Part shown: positions 1 to 10,178 of the stretch, one piece after another
Numbering within the stretch: the first letter of the stretch is position 1
Layout of the letters: each line of letters starts with the position of its first letter
IMG/VR virus record: IMGVR_UViG_2579778745_000007
Coordinates: 1-33,129 of that record
DNA: 33,129 bases
Source of the DNA: a virus
Taxonomy: Duplodnaviria > Heunggongvirae > Uroviricota > Caudoviricetes
Reading direction: 5' to 3' (one strand)
Translations under genes and position numbers: made by a program
The notes under the pieces: model-generated
Told to the model about the DNA's origin: nothing
The model's input: only the letters and a program-made list of their open reading frames with translations
The model's database searches: none

Positions 1-43
1 CAGGTCCGAAGAGGAGTTTACGTCCAGCTGCGCACAAAAATCA

Positions 44-60
44 AGAATTATTAGAGCAAT
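44..60 (-). promoter_or_regulatory. C1-type repressor operator-like site (reads ATTGCTCTAATAATTCT on minus strand)
   Basis: 14/17 match to the asymmetric P1 C1 operator consensus ATTGCTCTAATAAATTT, upstream of coi/c1. Confidence 0.45.
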
Positions 61-120
61 AAATTTTGAGAGAAAAATCCCACTCCACCAGCTAAAAACT
101 GGATTGTTTTTCATAGTTGT

Positions 121-147
121 TTGACAATTGCTCTAATAAATTATAGT
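121..147 (+). promoter_or_regulatory. Sigma70-like promoter (TTGACA ... TATAGT) with a C1 operator-like site in the spacer
   Basis: TTGACA at 121-126; ATTGCTCTAATAAATTA at 127-143 (16/17 to consensus); TATAGT at 142-147; points toward coi and c1. Confidence 0.5.
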
Positions 148-381
148 TTTGCCGCCGTTACGTAATACGACTTTGGATTCACTATTTAATGTGTCTTCAG
201 CGTTGTAGAGCGGCTCAGAAGGAAATGAGCAAACAGGGAAACCTTATACAACGGCATTACAGCTATGCATTGCTCATCTTACACACAGCGCAATGTTGTT
301 AGATTACCCCAGCATGGATCATGGGTGAAACAGTAGGTCAGAGCTTCAGGCTCTGTGTTGTCAATACAGTGAGGCATAATT

Positions 382-591
382 ATGGCTTTCATTCAACCAA
401 CCATCGACGACGTTAGACATTGCTCTAACGCTTTATCTGTAGACCCTGCCGAAACCGACGCTGCCCGCGCCATTGCTGAACACTACTCAAAGATATCCAA
501 TCAGGAGTACCGCATCACCCAAGACGACCTGGATGACCTCACTGACACAATCGAATATCTCATGGCAACTAACCAGTTAGACTCACAATAA
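382..591 (+). CDS. coi: C1 inactivator Coi-like small protein (69 aa)
   Basis: 69-aa ORF directly upstream of and co-oriented with the c1-like gene; GAGG RBS; size and position fit P1 coi; no sequence comparison possible. Confidence 0.5.
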   Translation: MAFIQPTIDDVRHCSNALSVDPAETDAARAIAEHYSKISNQEYRITQDDLDDLTDTIEYLMATNQLDSQ

Positions 592-607
592 ATGCACTAA
601 TAAATCT
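591..607 (+). promoter_or_regulatory. Degenerate C1 operator-like site between coi and c1
   Basis: AATGCACTAATAAATCT, 14/17 to consensus. Confidence 0.3.
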
Positions 608-701
608 ATTATTTTTGTTTGATCCCTCTATAATATAGGTCAGTAATGACCGGTTTTCTCAGCCGGGCGTTATTGACCATGTCAATTCTGGAGGAGGATC
701 A

Positions 702-1553
702 ATGATAAATTATGTCTACGGCGAACAACTGTACCAGGAGTTCGTCAGCTTCAGGGATCTCTTTCTAAAAAAAGCTGTTGCACGCGCCCAACACGTTGAT
801 ACAGCCAGCGACGGTCGTCCTGTACGCCCGGTTGTCGTTCTACCGTTCAAAGAAACTGACAGCATTCAGGCTGAAATTGATAAATGGACTTTAATGGCGC
901 GGGAACTGGAACAGTACCCAGACCTCAATATCCCAAAGACTATTTTATATCCAGTGCCTAACATCCTTCGCGGTGTGCGCAAGGTTACAACTTATCAGAC
1001 AGAAGCTGTGAACAGCGTCAACATGACCGCTGGCCGCATTATTCATCTGATTGATAAGGACATTCGCATCCAAAAAAGCGCGGGGATCAATGAGCACAGT
1101 GCGAAATACATAGAGAACCTGGAAGCAACAAAAGAGCTAATGAGGCAGTACCCGGAGGATGAAAAATTCCGTATGCGTGTACACGGCTTTAGCGAAACAA
1201 TGCTGCGCGTCCACTACATCTCCAGTAGCCCTAACTACAATGATGGTAAATCAGTTAGTTACCATGTACCGCTGTGTGGCGTGTTTATCTGCGATGAAAC
1301 TCTCCGTGATGGAATCATCATCAACGGTGAATTCGAGAAAGCAAAATTTAGCCTTTATGACTCTATAGAACCGATCATCTGCGACCGCTGGCCGCAGGCA
1401 AAAATATATCGCCTGGCAGATATTGAAAATGTAAAAAAACAAATTGCCATCACTCGCGAAGAGAAAAAGGTTAAGTCAGCCGCATCAGTTACGCGCAGCC
1501 GTAAAACCAAGAAGGGGCAGCCAGTAAACGACAACCCCGAAAGCGCGCAATAA
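702..1553 (+). CDS. c1: P1 C1-type immunity repressor (283 aa)
   Basis: 283-aa ORF with strong GGAGGAGG RBS, preceded by coi-sized ORF and operator-bearing promoter, convergent with pacB; operator motif recurs through the window. Confidence 0.6.
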   Translation: MINYVYGEQLYQEFVSFRDLFLKKAVARAQHVDTASDGRPVRPVVVLPFKETDSIQAEIDKWTLMARELEQYPDLNIPKTILYPVPNILRGVRKVTTYQTEAVNSVNMTAGRIIHLIDKDIRIQKSAGINEHSAKYIENLEATKELMRQYPEDEKFRMRVHGFSETMLRVHYISSSPNYNDGKSVSYHVPLCGVFICDETLRDGIIINGEFEKAKFSLYDSIEPIICDRWPQAKIYRLADIENVKKQIAITREEKKVKSAASVTRSRKTKKGQPVNDNPESAQ

Positions 1554-1556
1554 ATT

Positions 1557-1578
1557 ATGCCCGGCATCAACCGGGCAT
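1557..1578. terminator. Hairpin between convergent c1 and ant-like genes
   Basis: ATGCCCGG-CATCAA-CCGGGCAT, 8-bp perfect stem; weak T tract. Confidence 0.35.
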
Positions 1579-1585
1579 TCTTCCA

Positions 1586-2701
1586 TTATTCAGCCGCCAC
1601 CGGTTTTAACAAGCCAGCATCGAGCAGTTTACGCGTCAACCACTGCTGGCCTTTACCCGTTAATTGAGGCGTCAACCGTATCTGGTAGCCATCTTCATCA
1701 TCCAGCACCACTTCTTTCACCGTGAAATACCCCGCGTTGATGTACTGCTGGAACGGCACATTTTTACGTCCACCGGACGCTATCAGGATGCCGTTCTCCC
1801 GTAACCAGGCAAACAGCGCGTTTTGCTTAAGTCCAACAACCTTTGCAAAATTCCCAATCAGGATCCCTTTAGCTACTGATACCCGGTCGGCAAAATCGAC
1901 TTTAGGAGCGGCGGCCACCAGCTGCTGATTTAGCTGGTGGGCTTTCTGTTCCAGAAGCTGCTTTTGTTCAGCCAGTTCGGCAGCCAGGCGCAGAGCTTCT
2001 GGAAGCGTCTGGGGGATTGCAACCGGTTGCTGTTCTTTTTGTCGGAAGTAGCTGTCTTCCAGTTTTTCAAAGAATGCCCATGCCTGATCGGTTTCGATCA
2101 TTTTAGCGTGGCGGGCTGCGCCGCGTTCCGTCCAGAGGATGAGTGAGCGGGCTTTAGGAGAGATAGGATTTTGTGAGTTACTTAAAGTCACTCGCAAATT
2201 GTTCAAATCATCTCCAATAACTTTATAGAAATGCTTGCCTTCACAAAAACGTTCAGCATTACGGGAAAAGTTCTTCTTGATGTTATCCGCATCTGTCCCA
2301 TACCCCTTAGCAAGGATCTTAGTTGTCACTACACGCACTCCCAGCCATTCCAGAACGGGAATTTCATCAGACTGATTCTGAACAACCACCAGCTCCGATT
2401 CCTGAACTGAAGGTGCATGAGTTTTTTCTGATTTAACGTTAGTTGCTTTCATTCTGTGTGCCTCCTTGCGTGTTTCGGCTGCGACGGTTGCGTAATTCAG
2501 ATGCCCCTGTTCGAGCAGGTATTCGCGGATATCAGACAACAGAATGCGGTGAACAGCGTTCTTGTCCTTTCTCCGGTAAAGTTGTTTGGTGATCATGAAG
2601 TAGTTGGCAATAACGCCCGGTATATCCCTGGTACTGATACAGGATGTGTGCTGTTCAATTGCCTCAATCATTTCTTCACGGGTGACTAATGACGTTCTCA
2701 T
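1586..2701 (-). CDS. Phage antirepressor-like protein (ORF6N/KilA-N-like central region plus KilAC/ANT-type C-terminal domain)
   Basis: Central segment VTTKILAKGYGTDADNIKKNFSRNAERFCEGKHFYKV and C-terminal segment typical of antirepressor domains; start overlaps stop of upstream small ORF. Confidence 0.55.
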   Translation of the reverse strand: MRTSLVTREEMIEAIEQHTSCISTRDIPGVIANYFMITKQLYRRKDKNAVHRILLSDIREYLLEQGHLNYATVAAETRKEAHRMKATNVKSEKTHAPSVQESELVVVQNQSDEIPVLEWLGVRVVTTKILAKGYGTDADNIKKNFSRNAERFCEGKHFYKVIGDDLNNLRVTLSNSQNPISPKARSLILWTERGAARHAKMIETDQAWAFFEKLEDSYFRQKEQQPVAIPQTLPEALRLAAELAEQKQLLEQKAHQLNQQLVAAAPKVDFADRVSVAKGILIGNFAKVVGLKQNALFAWLRENGILIASGGRKNVPFQQYINAGYFTVKEVVLDDEDGYQIRLTPQLTGKGQQWLTRKLLDAGLLKPVAAE

Positions 2702-2919
2702 AGTCCCTCCTGAGCAGAAGCGTTAACAGGGAGGCACCAGTAACTGAGAGAGTTGCGCGAATCAGTGGAAAAGCGGGCAGAGAAAATGCAGGGAGCGTCA
2801 GGAAGCTGAGAACGGGCCTCATCTTCTGTCGGTGCAATAACGAAGTGATAGTGACGTTTCTGGCAGGAATAGAAGCGCCAGATGAATTCAGGATGAGTTG
2901 GGGTAGGGACAGTAGCCAT
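2698..2919 (-). CDS. Small protein (73 aa) coupled to the antirepressor gene; possible Icd-like cell-division inhibitor
   Basis: AAGGAGG RBS 6 nt upstream; ATGA overlap with downstream ant-like gene, the arrangement known for icd-ant in P1 immI; identity not verified. Confidence 0.35.
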   Translation of the reverse strand: MATVPTPTHPEFIWRFYSCQKRHYHFVIAPTEDEARSQLPDAPCIFSARFSTDSRNSLSYWCLPVNASAQEGL

Positions 2920-3104
2920 AATGGCAGCCTCCTTTGACTAAGTTAAGGAGCTACCGCGTGAGGTCTCAATCTCAATGGCGGTAGCACTGACTGGGTTGAG
3001 ACTACCGGCGTCAAAGGGAACCGGCCTGCCTTTCGGCAGCCCAGCCAGCACTACCATTGATTTCGGAGCTAAACGCTACGTATGGCTGTGCGATGGCATG
3101 ACAC

Positions 3105-3127
3105 AAAAAAAGACGCTTTCGGCGTCT
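3105..3127 (-). terminator. Rho-independent terminator downstream of pacB
   Basis: Minus-strand RNA AGACGC-CGAAA-GCGUCU followed by U6-7. Confidence 0.55.
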
Positions 3128-3260
3128 GTGTCGCCTTTGACATTATCCGGGGTCTCAATCCCGGCACCCGTTTTAATGAGGTGCCTGATAAGCATAAACC
3201 GAAAATGCCTCAAGGCGCAAGAGGTCAGGTTCAATGTAACATCGGTAGTTAAAAAACACA

Positions 3261-3277
3261 ATTTATTAGAGCAAATA
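3261..3277 (-). promoter_or_regulatory. C1 operator-like site just 3' of pacB
   Basis: Reads TTTGCTCTAATAAATTG on minus strand, 15/17 to consensus. Confidence 0.45.
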
Positions 3278-3278
3278 T

Positions 3279-4763
3279 TCATTCATTAAGCCATGCCAGA
3301 GCTTCATCAACCTGCGCTTCGTCTTCGACGCTAAGCACTTCATCCTGGGGAACATAATCCGCCAGCATAGCGAAACAATATGTATCCCAATGGTCTGGTG
3401 AGTGCAGGTTGAGTTTTTTCTTCATATCCTCCTTACTCATCACCTTCCATTGACCTGCGGAGTTAATCCCTACAGGGATTTTCGACGCTTCCTCAATAGT
3501 TTCATTACCCTTATCCAGTCTCATACGACCAGATTTTACGGCCTCTGCGGCTTGAACGTTGGCATAAGCACGTTTATCAAAGTACAGGCTCTTATCTTCA
3601 CGGCTATGCATCTTTTTACCCCAGCGTATGCGCTGTACGGTAATACCATAATACTCGTACATCAGATCCGCCGTTGCTTTACCCAGGCCATCGCCGTCTA
3701 TCGCTATGGTGATATTTGGGAATCGCTCAGGATTACATTCTGCGAAAATTTTGGCGGCAAGCTGCGTTTCTGTAACGTCTGTGTATTCCAGCATTCGATA
3801 GTTGATTACACGGCGTTTATTTCGCTGGCCGGACACCATCATGATATTGATAACGGACTTATCCCGTCCCGTACCACCAGCAACGTCCACACATGCAAGC
3901 CAGCCCCATCCTTTTGCAATCTTGACTTTCCGCCGCGTTGCACGTTCAACCTCATCACGTCCAAGAAGGAAGCCATCCTGTGATTTAGGGAATAGGCCGC
4001 GTACCTTAATCATGTACATAGGGTTATCACGCCCGCCGTACTCCGCCAGCTTCATTTTGATAAATGCTGGCGTTACCAACGGTGATTCCTCACTGTTAAG
4101 CGTGATCGCCGTATAAACGCCATCAGGGTTACCAGGACGCTTGGCCAGTTTATGGTGTGTATCGTAGAAATAGCCGCTTGGGCGTGTAGGCTGTGACAGT
4201 AATAAGATGCGGTTATCCTGTCCGGTAAGAGCACCGGTGATGATACCGAAAGCTCTATCACTGACACCGGAGGCTTCATCGATAATATACAGAAGATGAT
4301 CTGCGTGTTCACCGGCAAGAGCTTCTTCACTTCCCAGACGAAAGCCCTTCGGTACTACAGTCCATACACCTTTACCAGTAACCTCATAGAAAGCGGTTTC
4401 TGTCAGAACAAAATAATCAGCAAGCCATGGAAAACGGCTGGTGGCAGTAGCCCAGTTTATCTTGATGTACTTGAATATACCGGTCATTACCTGCTGAATT
4501 TTGTTCGCAACGATAATGGCGCGGGCACCGGGATACATGATTATGAACAACATGATCATGATAGAAGTCATGTCTGATTTCCCGGTACCGTGACCAGACG
4601 AAACAGATGTCTTGCTACCCTGTTCCTGCACAGACTCAATAATCAGATCCTGCTGCCAGGTAGGTGTTTTGCCGAACAAAACATCAGCGGCCGCAATCCA
4701 GTCATAACGATATAGCGCCACCAGCTCGCGCCAACGTGGATCCGTTACGCAACTTCTGGCCAT
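3279..4763 (-). CDS. pacB: Terminase large subunit (P1 PacB-like, 494 aa)
   Basis: Walker A GHGTGKS, Walker B-like [10 protein letters not shown]-terminal acidic nuclease-type residues; start overlaps pacA stop. Confidence 0.8.
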   Translation of the reverse strand: MARSCVTDPRWRELVALYRYDWIAAADVLFGKTPTWQQDLIIESVQEQGSKTSVSSGHGTGKSDMTSIMIMLFIIMYPGARAIIVANKIQQVMTGIFKYIKINWATATSRFPWLADYFVLTETAFYEVTGKGVWTVVPKGFRLGSEEALAGEHADHLLYIIDEASGVSDRAFGIITGALTGQDNRILLLSQPTRPSGYFYDTHHKLAKRPGNPDGVYTAITLNSEESPLVTPAFIKMKLAEYGGRDNPMYMIKVRGLFPKSQDGFLLGRDEVERATRRKVKIAKGWGWLACVDVAGGTGRDKSVINIMMVSGQRNKRRVINYRMLEYTDVTETQLAAKIFAECNPERFPNITIAIDGDGLGKATADLMYEYYGITVQRIRWGKKMHSREDKSLYFDKRAYANVQAAEAVKSGRMRLDKGNETIEEASKIPVGINSAGQWKVMSKEDMKKKLNLHSPDHWDTYCFAMLADYVPQDEVLSVEDEAQVDEALAWLNE

Positions 4764-5956
4764 TAATCATCATCCCCGTATAGCTTGCGGGTAACTTCTT
4801 CGTCTTCCTCCTCGTCTTCGTCCAGGTCTTGTTCCAGCCATGGGTCGTTTGATACACCTTCAGTATCAACATCTCCATAACCGCCTGTATCAACGATATC
4901 GGCGATTTCTTCCCTACGCTGCTCAATCCACAATGCGGCATCGGCGCGGCGGTTGGCGGCCCGTTCTCGCGCAACTTTGTCCAGATCTTCAAGAGAAGGG
5001 CCACCGACGGCTGTTTGCCTTTCCTCATCATCGGTATTTGTCTTAGGAGCACGCAGATCGGCTTTGATTTGCTCCAGCATCAGGGGCGGCACTTTCCCGC
5101 CATGCGCCTCGATGAATTCAGCTGCTTCCAGCACTGACCAATTATTTTCACGCTTTCGTTCGTATGCCAGCTTAACAATGCCAGCTTGCCCCATAGATAA
5201 AGCGTGCTTTTCCGCCTCCCGGCTTTCTTTTCGATAGTTATTCCGGATGCTGTAAATGGTGTTGATCAGGCTGCTTATCTGCGCGGAACAGCTGTTTAGC
5301 ATGCTCGCGATACGGTATTCAGGCGGAGTACCTTCATCATCGTCTTTTTGCTGATCGCGCATTTCCTGCACCAGGCGAATACACGTATCCCTGGCGTTCT
5401 CCAGCATAAGGAGATGAGAAAGAGACTTTTCAAGAAGAGTGGTTTCCAGAACATCGGCCCCGGACCGACGCAACATAGCGCGCGCGGCCTTCCGCGCTTC
5501 AACGTTATCTATCAGGTAATCGCCAGCTTCGAATTCAAAGCGTTCACCATCATCATCCAGGGTGTCGCGTTCCAGGCGATCACGTAAGGTACGGTGGGCG
5601 CGGTTGATCACGTCATGATCATCCGAACGATCATTTATGCGCTTATTTTGGCGCTTCGCATTCTCGACTGCGGCACTGACAACGGCATTAACTCTCTGTT
5701 TTTCCGCTATTTCAGCCGCAATATGATCACCTGCATGTTGATCATTAGAGTGATCAATGATCATGCTTTTTAGTGGCTTCCTGACTGGCTTATTTGGCTT
5801 GCGGCTGTCCGCAGTCCTGGTGTCTTCTTTGAAGGCACGGAGATAACGACGTGCGGTATTAGGGTTAAGATTAAACTCGGCGGCATACTGTGCGATGGTG
5901 TAACCACCATCTCGCGCCAGGCGAGCAAAATTCTTCTTGTGATCGTCCCAGGTCAC
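4763..5956 (-). CDS. pacA: Terminase small/pac-recognition subunit (P1 PacA-like, 397 aa)
   Basis: 397-aa ORF with basic N-terminus and acidic C-terminus, coupled to terminase large subunit; contains clustered TGATCR hexamers in its 5' part; GTG start with AGGAAG RBS. Confidence 0.7.
   Translation of the reverse strand: MTWDDHKKNFARLARDGGYTIAQYAAEFNLNPNTARRYLRAFKEDTRTADSRKPNKPVRKPLKSMIIDHSNDQHAGDHIAAEIAEKQRVNAVVSAAVENAKRQNKRINDRSDDHDVINRAHRTLRDRLERDTLDDDGERFEFEAGDYLIDNVEARKAARAMLRRSGADVLETTLLEKSLSHLLMLENARDTCIRLVQEMRDQQKDDDEGTPPEYRIASMLNSCSAQISSLINTIYSIRNNYRKESREAEKHALSMGQAGIVKLAYERKRENNWSVLEAAEFIEAHGGKVPPLMLEQIKADLRAPKTNTDDEERQTAVGGPSLEDLDKVARERAANRRADAALWIEQRREEIADIVDTGGYGDVDTEGVSNDPWLEQDLDEDEEEDEEVTRKLYGDDD
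5605..5763. other. pac packaging site: seven TGATCA/TGATCG hexamers in a 3 + 4 arrangement
   Basis: Hexamers at 5605-5610, 5616-5621, 5628-5633 and 5724-5729, 5739-5744, 5751-5756, 5758-5763, separated by about 90 bp; each contains a Dam GATC site. Confidence 0.7.
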
Positions 5957-6041
5957 TTATGCTTCCTTTCGTAAAAACTCTTTTTGACGCGAGGGTAACG
6001 AAAGTCACATGTCAAAAGGCCCGGAACGGGCAAGCAATCAA

Positions 6042-6494
6042 TCAGATACGTGCGGATGTGGCATTACCGTAATGACGGTGCTGACGGGCCACCTTATTGA
6101 AAAGTTGACGCGCCATTACCCAAGGCTGGTGCTCCCGGCGTTCCTTTTCGTCCTGCGTCATATAGAGTTCATTCTGGAGTTTTTCATCAAACCGGCGCGG
6201 AGCGCGGCTACGGCGAAAGAATTCAGGATTCAGAGAGTGGATCTGAAATCTACGTGGGCGTGTACTGTCATCAATCAAAACAGACGAATACTTAGACACA
6301 GCGATAGCCTTTAAGCGCAGATAAACATCGCGCTTATCGACATCCAGATGCGGGTATTCCTTTTCAAGAATTGCTGCGAGTTCTTTCGCTGATAGAAGAG
6401 ATTTAGTGCGGATCATGTAATCCGCAATCTCGTACGATGTTATTCGTGAGTGATTTATTTCCATGAAGTGGCGTCCCTGCCAGTTAAGTAACAT
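6042..6494 (-). CDS. Hypothetical protein, possible late promoter activator (Lpa-like) by size and position
   Basis: 150-aa ORF immediately upstream of pacA with an operator-like site upstream; alternative start at 6464; no recognisable motif. Confidence 0.35.
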   Translation of the reverse strand: MLLNWQGRHFMEINHSRITSYEIADYMIRTKSLLSAKELAAILEKEYPHLDVDKRDVYLRLKAIAVSKYSSVLIDDSTRPRRFQIHSLNPEFFRRSRAPRRFDEKLQNELYMTQDEKERREHQPWVMARQLFNKVARQHRHYGNATSARI

Positions 6495-6574
6495 CCTGTC
6501 ACCTACTGATTAGCCCATGTCAACTAATCAACGTGGAATATAACACCCTCGATTAAAGAAATAGCAATACATTA

Positions 6575-6591
6575 GAGCAATTTTATCTAAC
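6575..6591 (-). promoter_or_regulatory. C1 operator-like site upstream of the Lpa-like ORF
   Basis: Reads ATTGCTCTAATGTATTG on minus strand, 14/17 to consensus. Confidence 0.4.
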
Positions 6592-7626
6592 ACTCGACGA
6601 ATGACTTGTGATAACGCCCACTCCAAGCGCGTAATCAAAGAACAATCGTTGATGCATCGCCAACCTACCGTGCGTCTTCTCCCAATTATCGCGGTCACGC
6701 TCAATATCACGCTGGCATGACTGGCACAGAGGAATTGCGTAAATGTCATGCGCGCATAATCGACTATGACGAACGATATAAGGCGTAATGTGAGCGCCAG
6801 CTCCCGCAGCTCCACACCCACAGCATGGACGGGAAGCAACAAAGTCCATGTACTCAGGTAATTTTAGCGATTGCAGTTTTGGTATTTTGAAATGCGCCAT
6901 GCCAGGGTCGGAGTCAACATCCACAGGGCATACTTTTGCACGCATCGGCGCGGCGCGTTCTTCCATCATCTGAACATATGCTGTAGCGCGATCGTCATAC
7001 GGGCGAATATCCGCCTCTTTCAGAGGTCCGCTATCCTGCGGAGTAGCCTTCATCTTATTTATTGATATGCGGCAGACTTCTTCCGGCATCAGGTGCATCA
7101 TGTTGCGCATGAAAGCCCACCAGCACAGCTCCTGAATACTTAAATCATGGCTATTTGAAAGGCCCATTTCCTGACGGGCGACATCCAGTATCCAGTTAAC
7201 GCGATTATTGTGCAGCGTTTCTTTCAGCTCATTAAAACCACGCATCCGATAACGGTTATCGTGATGCCAGCACAACAACACCGCGCTATTGTCTCGTTCA
7301 GCGTGGACAATATGGTTGTCACACCAACTACGATCTGCGGCCTGGCATTGACCCTCTTTCCTACGCAACCACGCCACCAGCGCGTCAATTCCACCAATAC
7401 GGCGAAACAGTTCATCGCTGTTAAAAAACGGCTGCAACGCCTCATTTGTTGCCATGGTTTGCTCGGTAACAACGAGGCCGTCTTCCATGTGCTCGATTAA
7501 CTCACGCGGCACCGGCTCCATAATAAATTTACGGCCAGCCTCCACCAGCTTTCTGACCTCCTGATCCACTTTGAACGTGGCGAGGCCAAGCTCTTTCTGT
7601 ACAAAGGGAGTAATTACGGCTTTCAC
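6583..7626 (-). CDS. Hypothetical phage protein with cysteine-rich C-terminal region (DUF968-like)
   Basis: 347-aa ORF; C-terminal cysteine pairs (CCGCG ... CAHD ... CQSC); resemblance to DUF968 prophage proteins is from memory only. Confidence 0.35.
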   Translation of the reverse strand: MKAVITPFVQKELGLATFKVDQEVRKLVEAGRKFIMEPVPRELIEHMEDGLVVTEQTMATNEALQPFFNSDELFRRIGGIDALVAWLRRKEGQCQAADRSWCDNHIVHAERDNSAVLLCWHHDNRYRMRGFNELKETLHNNRVNWILDVARQEMGLSNSHDLSIQELCWWAFMRNMMHLMPEEVCRISINKMKATPQDSGPLKEADIRPYDDRATAYVQMMEERAAPMRAKVCPVDVDSDPGMAHFKIPKLQSLKLPEYMDFVASRPCCGCGAAGAGAHITPYIVRHSRLCAHDIYAIPLCQSCQRDIERDRDNWEKTHGRLAMHQRLFFDYALGVGVITSHSSSVR

Positions 7627-7653
7627 ATCACACCTTTCATCACTGATTGGGCT

Positions 7654-7833
7654 TTATCTGCTGCCCGGCATTCTCTGTTTAAGCGCAACCATTTCCTGAC
7701 GGCATAACACAGCAATAGCGGTCCTGACTCCAATTTGCTTACCAACCAGGTATTGCTTTACCTTGCGGCGACTCACGCCATCAAGAAGCATCTTTAACGC
7801 TTCACGGGACAATTTGTTGTATTTGCGTGCCAT
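7654..7833 (-). CDS. Small basic protein downstream of doc
   Basis: ORF-track ORF 7654..7854 overlaps doc; internal Met start at 7833 avoids overlap; function unknown. Confidence 0.3.
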   Translation of the reverse strand: MARKYNKLSREALKMLLDGVSRRKVKQYLVGKQIGVRTAIAVLCRQEMVALKQRMPGSR

Positions 7834-7837
7834 TAAT

Positions 7838-8218
7838 CTACTCCGCAGAACCATACAATCTACGTAACGTGTCGGCGACAGAAGATACAGATATCTCGCC
7901 AGTCGCAGCGCCTACAGTAAGGTCTGCCAGTTCAGGTGAATCAAATACCTGCACCCCGTTACGGCGTAGAAATAGCAGCGCACTGTTTAGCGCGGTACGC
8001 TTATTGGCATCATTGAATATATGCCCTCTCGCTGTAGCCACCAGGTAGGTGGCGGAGACTTCGAAAAGGTCGGTGATATCTTCGTAGGCAACTCTGGCCT
8101 GAACTCTCCCGATAATGGCCTCTGCCCTACCCGGATCTGACATTCCCGGCAGGCCGCCGTAGCGGCTTATATTCGCATCATGAAGCGCAATAAGTTCTTC
8201 CGGTGATATATGCCTCAT
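7838..8218 (-). CDS. doc: Doc toxin (Fic-fold kinase, death on curing)
   Basis: 126 aa; Fic motif HIFNDANKR; closely matches my recollection of P1 Doc; stop/start coupled to phd. Confidence 0.95.
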
Positions 8219-8439
8219 TATCGGTTAACCAGTTCCTTGTTGGTGGAGTCCAGGGTGTCAAACAGGGATGCAAATTCAGCATCCAGCGCCGCTTTTTTGT
8301 AGGCTTCGAAAGTAGCCTTGCTGACAATTACTGCTGGCTCACGGCCTCTGCGGGTGATTTCAACCTCTTCCCCGGCTTCAACATTGTTGAGCACTTCAGA
8401 AAGGTTGCCGCGCGCGGTACGGAAGTTAATGGATTGCAT
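8218..8439 (-). CDS. phd: Phd antitoxin (prevent host death)
   Basis: 73 aa from ATG at 8439 ([39 protein letters not shown]...), matches recalled P1 Phd; ORF track adds two upstream codons from GTG at 8445. Confidence 0.95.
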
Positions 8440-8448
8440 AAACACCTC

Positions 8449-8469
8449 GTGTACTCGTTATGTGTACAC
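8449..8469. promoter_or_regulatory. phd/doc operator-promoter region with two 8-bp palindrome-like sites
   Basis: GTGTACTC (8449-8456) and perfect palindrome GTGTACAC (8462-8469); TATAAT on minus strand just upstream; GAGGTG RBS. Confidence 0.55.
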
Positions 8470-8615
8470 AATTATAAACTTCACAGGCATAAAGCACCAG
8501 CACTTTGCGGCTTAACAAACCTCTAGGCAGGTCATTCGTAGCCTAATGTCCGAACTGCTAAAGCATCCAAGTTGCTGTAGAATCACCGCCAATTACATAA
8601 GCCTGAAATAAGTGG

Positions 8616-10178
8616 ATGAAAATGACAAGTATTCAACAACGTGCAGAGCTTCATCGTCAAATCTGGCAAATTGCTAACGATGTCAGGGGTTCGGTCGATG
8701 GATGGGATTTTAAGCAATACGTTCTGGGCGCACTTTTCTACCGTTTTATCAGCGAAAATTTTTCCAGTTATATTGAAGCCGGTGATGACAGTATCTGTTA
8801 TGCGAAACTGGATGACAGCGTAATTACTGATGACATTAAAGACGATGCCATCAAAACTAAAGGCTACTTCATCTACCCCAGTCAGCTTTTCTGCAACGTA
8901 GCTGCGAAAGCAAATACTAATGACAGGCTGAATGCAGATTTAAACAGCATCTTCGTTGCTATCGAAAGTTCTGCTTACGGTTATCCTTCAGAAGCTGACA
9001 TCAAAGGTTTGTTTGCTGATTTCGATACCACCAGTAACCGCCTGGGTAACACCGTTAAAGATAAAAATGCCCGCCTGGCTGCGGTTCTGAAAGGGGTTGA
9101 AGGGTTAAAACTTGGTGACTTCAACGAACATCAGATTGACCTGTTCGGTGATGCCTATGAGTTCCTGATTTCTAACTATGCGGCAAATGCCGGTAAGTCA
9201 GGCGGTGAGTTCTTTACACCGCAGCACGTCTCCAAGCTGATTGCACAACTGGCTATGCACGGGCAGACCAACGTTAACAAAATCTACGACCCGGCAGCGG
9301 GTTCCGGCTCACTGTTGTTGCAGGCTAAAAAGCAGTTTGATAACCACATCATCGAAGAAGGCTTTTTCGGTCAGGAAATCAACCATACGACCTATAACCT
9401 GGCGCGTATGAACATGTTTTTGCACAATATCAACTACGACAAGTTTGATATCAAGCTGGGCAATACGCTGACTGAGCCGCACTTCAGAGATGAAAAACCG
9501 TTTGATGCCATCGTTTCTAACCCGCCGTATTCGGTGAAATGGATTGGCAGCGATGACCCGACGCTGATTAACGATGAACGTTTTGCCCCGGCTGGCGTCC
9601 TGGCCCCCAAATCCAAAGCTGACTTCGCCTTTGTACTACATGCGCTGAACTATCTTTCGGCCAAAGGTCGTGCTGCGATTGTCTGCTTCCCGGGTATTTT
9701 TTACCGTGGCGGCGCAGAGCAGAAAATCCGTCAGTATCTGGTCGATAATAACTATGTCGAAACCGTAATTTCACTGGCTCCGAACCTGTTCTTTGGCACC
9801 ACCATTGCCGTAAACATTCTGGTTCTGTCCAAACATAAAACGGATACCAACGTTCAGTTTATTGATGCCAGCGAACTGTTCAAAAAAGAGACCAACAACA
9901 ATATTCTGACCGATGCCCATATCGAACAGATTATGCAGGTATTTGCCAGCAAGGAAGATGTTGCTCATCTGGCAAAATCTGTCGCGTTTGAAGCCGTTGT
10001 CGCGAATGACTATAACCTGTCGGTGAGCAGCTATGTGGAAGCGAAAGATACTCGCGAAATTATCGATATCGCTGAGTTGAATGCAGAGCTGAAAACCACG
10101 GTCAGCAAAATCGACCAATTGCGCAAAGATATTGATGCGATTGTGGCTGAAATTGAAGGCTGCGAGGTACAGAAATGA
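8616..10178 (+). CDS. hsdM: Type I restriction-modification N6-adenine methyltransferase subunit HsdM (type IC-like, 520 aa)
   Basis: AdoMet motif [10 protein letters not shown] and catalytic NPPY ([10 protein letters not shown]); stop overlaps hsdS start. Confidence 0.95.
   Translation: MKMTSIQQRAELHRQIWQIANDVRGSVDGWDFKQYVLGALFYRFISENFSSYIEAGDDSICYAKLDDSVITDDIKDDAIKTKGYFIYPSQLFCNVAAKANTNDRLNADLNSIFVAIESSAYGYPSEADIKGLFADFDTTSNRLGNTVKDKNARLAAVLKGVEGLKLGDFNEHQIDLFGDAYEFLISNYAANAGKSGGEFFTPQHVSKLIAQLAMHGQTNVNKIYDPAAGSGSLLLQAKKQFDNHIIEEGFFGQEINHTTYNLARMNMFLHNINYDKFDIKLGNTLTEPHFRDEKPFDAIVSNPPYSVKWIGSDDPTLINDERFAPAGVLAPKSKADFAFVLHALNYLSAKGRAAIVCFPGIFYRGGAEQKIRQYLVDNNYVETVISLAPNLFFGTTIAVNILVLSKHKTDTNVQFIDASELFKKETNNNILTDAHIEQIMQVFASKEDVAHLAKSVAFEAVVANDYNLSVSSYVEAKDTREIIDIAELNAELKTTVSKIDQLRKDIDAIVAEIEGCEVQK

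Noticed and set aside
2975-3289. 104-aa plus-strand ORF and 68-aa minus-strand ORF (3076..3282) in the pacB-icd intergenic region
   Set aside because: They overlap the terminator hairpin, the operator site and the structured leader; no RBS; composition looks non-coding.
5957-6041. Shared TGACT-N2-CG-N-TA motif upstream of pacA (revcomp of 5991-6006) and of the plus-strand module (20712-20727) as a possible late-promoter element
   Set aside because: Only two instances and I cannot reliably recall the P1 late promoter consensus; too weak to call.
8470-8615. Specific -35/-10 assignment for an hsdM promoter (for example TAGAAT near 8576)
   Set aside because: Several equally weak hexamer pairs are possible; no call made without transcript mapping.
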